Shown in pieces: positions 60,590-64,000 of a DNA stretch of 64,000 nt. The DNA lies in assembly GCA_036172245.1 (NCBI GenBank), contig JAYWIR010000001.1, forward strand, positions 10,230,001-10,294,000, written 5' to 3'. Numbering within the stretch: the stretch's first letter is position 1; each line of letters starts with the position of its first letter. The notes below the pieces were generated by a model that was not told the DNA's origin, did no database searches, and was given only the letters and a program-made list of their open reading frames with translations. Source of the DNA: Raillietiella orientalis (taxonomy: Eukaryota). Position numbers and translations under genes: made by a program.

Positions 60590-63400
60590 TTCCATCCGGA
60601 AGATTTTGAAGCTCGGACCGTCCATTTCACGAAACTGATCAGAAACGATCACAAACTCCCCAGATGCACGTCGCATCAGTGTTGCGTTCCTTGCCTGCTG
60701 CACAGATGAGGCAAATTTTCATCCTCCGAAGCGATTCGCATTTGCTGATTGCTTTCCGGAAACGAGGCTCGTAGGTCCTCTTCCGCTGTGTGCAACAAGA
60801 TGATCATGGGAGGGATAGGTTCGTTCTGGCATTCCGCGCGCGTTCACGATCAGTTGGGAGAGGAGAGATCCCTTTATTTCACCAGTCCACGCCAAAGGGT
60901 TTATTGTGAATAGAAATATACCAAAAAAAAACAGTAAAGTGTAAAAAAATGTCTTCCTCCGTAGTGACTTCACTGCGAAGGGAAATGCCTCGGAGGAGCT
61001 GCTTCTCGTGAGCAGCTTCTTCGGTGAGGTCCGCACAGAAGGAGTAGGGAAAGGGGTAAACAAAAACAAAGAAACAAGAGTGTAGTTTAAAAGAATGTTA
61101 TGGGAGATGGGGAGGGATCACAAATTTTTTCCTGTAGTCCTCAGCATCTTCTGGAGGATGCTGGTTGCTTCCTCCTTTCGTTAAGAGATATATGGCCATG
61201 TCGCCTTCTTCACGAAGGAGCAGGCGATTGAGATGACCTCATTATTCGACTGACCTCTTTCGACGTGGCTTCTGGCCTCCACGATCCCACGAAGGCAGAA
61301 CGGAGCTGCAAGGAAAGCTGCAGGCGACGTCGAGTCGCTAGTGAAGAGGCACTGCAAAACCTTCTGCCGTTGTCCATCGGGAATGGTAGGGCCGCAACGA
61401 AGCGTTCCCGGACACTCAGGAGGGCAGCACAGTCCGACAACAGGTTGAAAGGTTTCCCTTTCCTTGCATCTGGCAAAACCTGGGACCTCACTCCCTCTTG
61501 TCCAGCGGTGGACTCGTGTATTGCATTGGGATCCCCCGAAGCAACAACTACAATGCCGAGTCCTGCCACTTCAGAGGAAGCGTTGAGCTGTCCACAAACA
61601 CTGGGGGTATTTCTTCTGCCTCTTCAGGGGAAATATCCAAGAGTTCCATCATTGTCCATCGGGAATGAGAGAGCCTCAGCTTCCTTAAAGGAATTTATCC
61701 CTTTAAGGAAGCGAACGCCTAGAAGGTGTAGGTGCACACAGGAACATCGAAGCAATCTGAACACGGATACTGTTCCAGGAAGGAAAGCTCTGAGCCTCAA
61801 ATGAAGATAATGCTCATCGTGTGGCAAACTATTTTCAGCTAACAGCATCTGTATTTCTTTTCCTGGTGGATGAAGCCAGTCACGGAACGCTACTAGAGCT
61901 AGGAGGAATCAATTCATTTCATAAATTCATTTGCTTCGTTCCTGAAGTCTCTCCAGATGACGGAAGTTTCTTCCTATTCCTAAAGGAAATGCTCGCTGAT
62001 TTTTCCAACGAAATGAGAAAATCTCAGAAGCTTCTGGAATGCTGTCTCTCCCACTGCACCTTGCAAGAGCGAAGACGAGAGTCTCGCTCTGCAGCGTCCC
62101 GGTTCAGTTTCCCTTCAAACCGATTCGAAAAGCAAAAGTCGTCTCCTTCGAATCATAGATTCCCCTATTCTTTGAAAAAGAAGTGGATCCTTTTTCTGCT
62201 TTTCCTGATCGATTCTGATCCGACCGTCGACTAGAAGACACAGAAAAGGCAAAGAAACAGAAACAGCAAGAAACATCTCTCTGCATTTCACCTGATGGTT
62301 TTGGGTAAGCAGAATAAGGAGAGAGCAAGTCTTCTGGAGAAGGAACTTCCTGGAGCTCGCATCATTGCTGAACATGAGTCTTAGTAAAGCGTTCGGATCT
62401 TTCGCTGCATCAGATGTTCTGTGCAGCACCAATTCAAAGCTGAGTGGATTGCCCGTTCATTGAATTTTTTCATTTTGATCTTTGATTTGCCGGAAGAACG
62501 CAGTGCCTTCGGGATGCGGTTTCCTTATCTTCTGAGTTTCTCCCTCGGCTTTAGCCATTTGCCTGTTGGTCTCTGCCTTGAGGTGAAACAAAAAAAAAAA
62601 AAAACTTCCTTATCGCAAGGCAGCGGTGGCTCTGAAGTTTCTTCTTACTTTGACCGGAGAAGGGAATCCGATACTTACCATCGATCCACAGCAAACCACT
62701 GCTTACTGCCCATGGAAGATGCTGATGCATTTGCTTTCGTATTTGAAGATTGCCGTTTACGTCGGTAGCTCTAGGCGCTCTCTTCATCACATTAGGTTAC
62801 GAGGCAAACAGCTTTTTTTGGAGCAATGACTGCACGGATCGCATCGACAAATGAATAGAGGTGAAGTGCGTCCTCAGTCTTCATGGGTTCCTTACGGAAA
62901 GATACATGAGCACTTATTTTTTTATCCTAGTTTTAAGGTGAACACCAGTGCCATACGGCAGCTAGAGAGGGGAGAAAAAACCTGCCAAACATGTCCCTGC
63001 CAATAGTTGCAAGCGTGCTTGGAAATCCCATTAGACGTGTTTGTTGTGGGAAATCTCTGAATCCTGCAGGACAGGACCATTAGCCGTCACATTAAATAAC
63101 CATGCACGTTAACGGATGGATTCTGAGACGATGTGAGACGTTCGTCTCCAGAGTGACACAGTGCTCCCTCTCTTGAAAATGACTGAGCCGCTTGGGTCGT
63201 CGGATCCCACAGCGAGCGTTTGGGAACCCGGAATTTGCTGAAGCGGGCGGGCCTTGCCTTCTTCGCGAGGGAGGTGGGAATTTCCTCGACAAATAACTCG
63301 TCTGTAAACACGTCCGATTTGTTTCTGAGTGTCGGCCTTTTTGTTCCGTGTTTGGACGCCATTTCACCCCCACCCCCTTCGCCCTGTTTGCCGCCATCAT
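60590..63400 (-). pseudogene. Decayed PPR-E/E+-DYW gene split by the LINE at 60875-61795
   Basis: GNLQIRKQMHQHL..VSSGLLWIDGKY (PPR), LRSCKVQW (E), MLLAENSLPHDEHY (E+). After the LINE: ILLHTAEED...MRIA and NATLMRRASGEFVIVSDQFREMDG (DYW consensus VLHDVEEE..KLAIA, HNATK.IS..REIVVRD..RFH.F.DG). Confidence 0.6.
60875..61795 (-). mobile_element. Old L1-like LINE 3' fragment inserted in a PPR-DYW relic
   Basis: WQDSAL*LLLRGSQCN...FNLLSDCAAL. 3' region homologous to 29150-29210. Terminus AATAAAC-CCTTT-GGCGTGGACTGGTG-AAATAAA at 60905-60873. Confidence 0.8.
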
Positions 63401-64000
63401 GCAATTCGAGCGAATTTGCGAGAGGAGCGGAGCAGCGCAGAAGTGGAGAAGGAATTAGCCATCCCTATAAAGAAGACGTTGCTCCCTCCCGTTTCGAAAG
63501 CTACACCTCTGAGATGTACCCTGGATTGACAGTTAAATGCTGAAAAATTGAAATCGGCGCTCTTGGGCATGAATTCGATCATTATGGGAAAAGGAACGGA
63601 ATTCTATTTAATGGAAAGGTTCCTCTACGTTTCCTGCTTTCTCATTGCTTTTTTCCATTGTCTCAACTTTAATTCCTCGGCTTAATGGATGCATCAAGCT
63701 CAATGAAGACAAATGAAATTCTGCATTTTGAAAAAACGTAACCAACCGTGAGAAACTCAACTCCGATCTTTGGCTACAGGACGAAAGCGGCGCTGTTTTT
63801 CTTTTCTGCATCATGCCGGAGTAATTATCTTCGATATCTGTTCTCATGGAATGAGAACGATGATTCGTTTTTGATTCAGGTGTTGAGCGTCACTGCGAGT
63901 TGTCGCGCGTACGTGAATGACAAGGTTATTAATAAAAAGGGAATTAACGGGAATGACGTCCTGAAACTGTTTCTGAATCAGCTGATCGGTATCCGTCACC

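Noticed and set aside
230..63400. PPR stops rescued by RNA editing or small introns
   Set aside because: Lesions include frequent frameshifts, TE insertions and heavy substitution of conserved residues. Plant stop-removing editing is organellar, whereas this sequence looks nuclear.
1..64000. CRISPR array, prokaryotic operon, rRNA or LTR retrotransposon
   Set aside because: No regularly spaced repeats, no dense ORF packing, no rRNA-like segments, and no paired LTRs or gag/integrase motifs were seen.

Overview
Eukaryotic nuclear DNA, most consistent with a land plant that has a very large PLS-class PPR family; a lycophyte such as Selaginella is my inference and is not demonstrated. I found no intact host gene. 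By manual translation, most of the window reads as a dense array of about 11-12 heavily decayed PLS-type pentatricopeptide-repeat (PPR) genes in mixed orientation. Several have E/E+ remnants and two have DYW remnants. They are interrupted by at least eight 5'-truncated copies of an old L1/Tx1-like LINE family (zf-RVT zinc-knuckle end), two copies of a tRNA-headed SINE-like repeat and one candidate TIR element. The only clearly recognisable long coding sequence is a younger L1/Tx1-like LINE (15256-19527, minus strand; ORF1 remnant plus APE-RT-CCHC ORF2). It is nested inside an older LINE with a perfect 16-bp target-site duplication. The most novel-looking signals are the PPR/DYW relic array and a conserved 3'-terminal module shared by otherwise divergent LINE copies: hairpin, T-tract, AATAAAC, then a tRNA-A-box-like GGCGTGRCYGRGTG. 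PPR calls come from eyeballed similarity to the PLS consensus, have approximate boundaries and need HMM confirmation.
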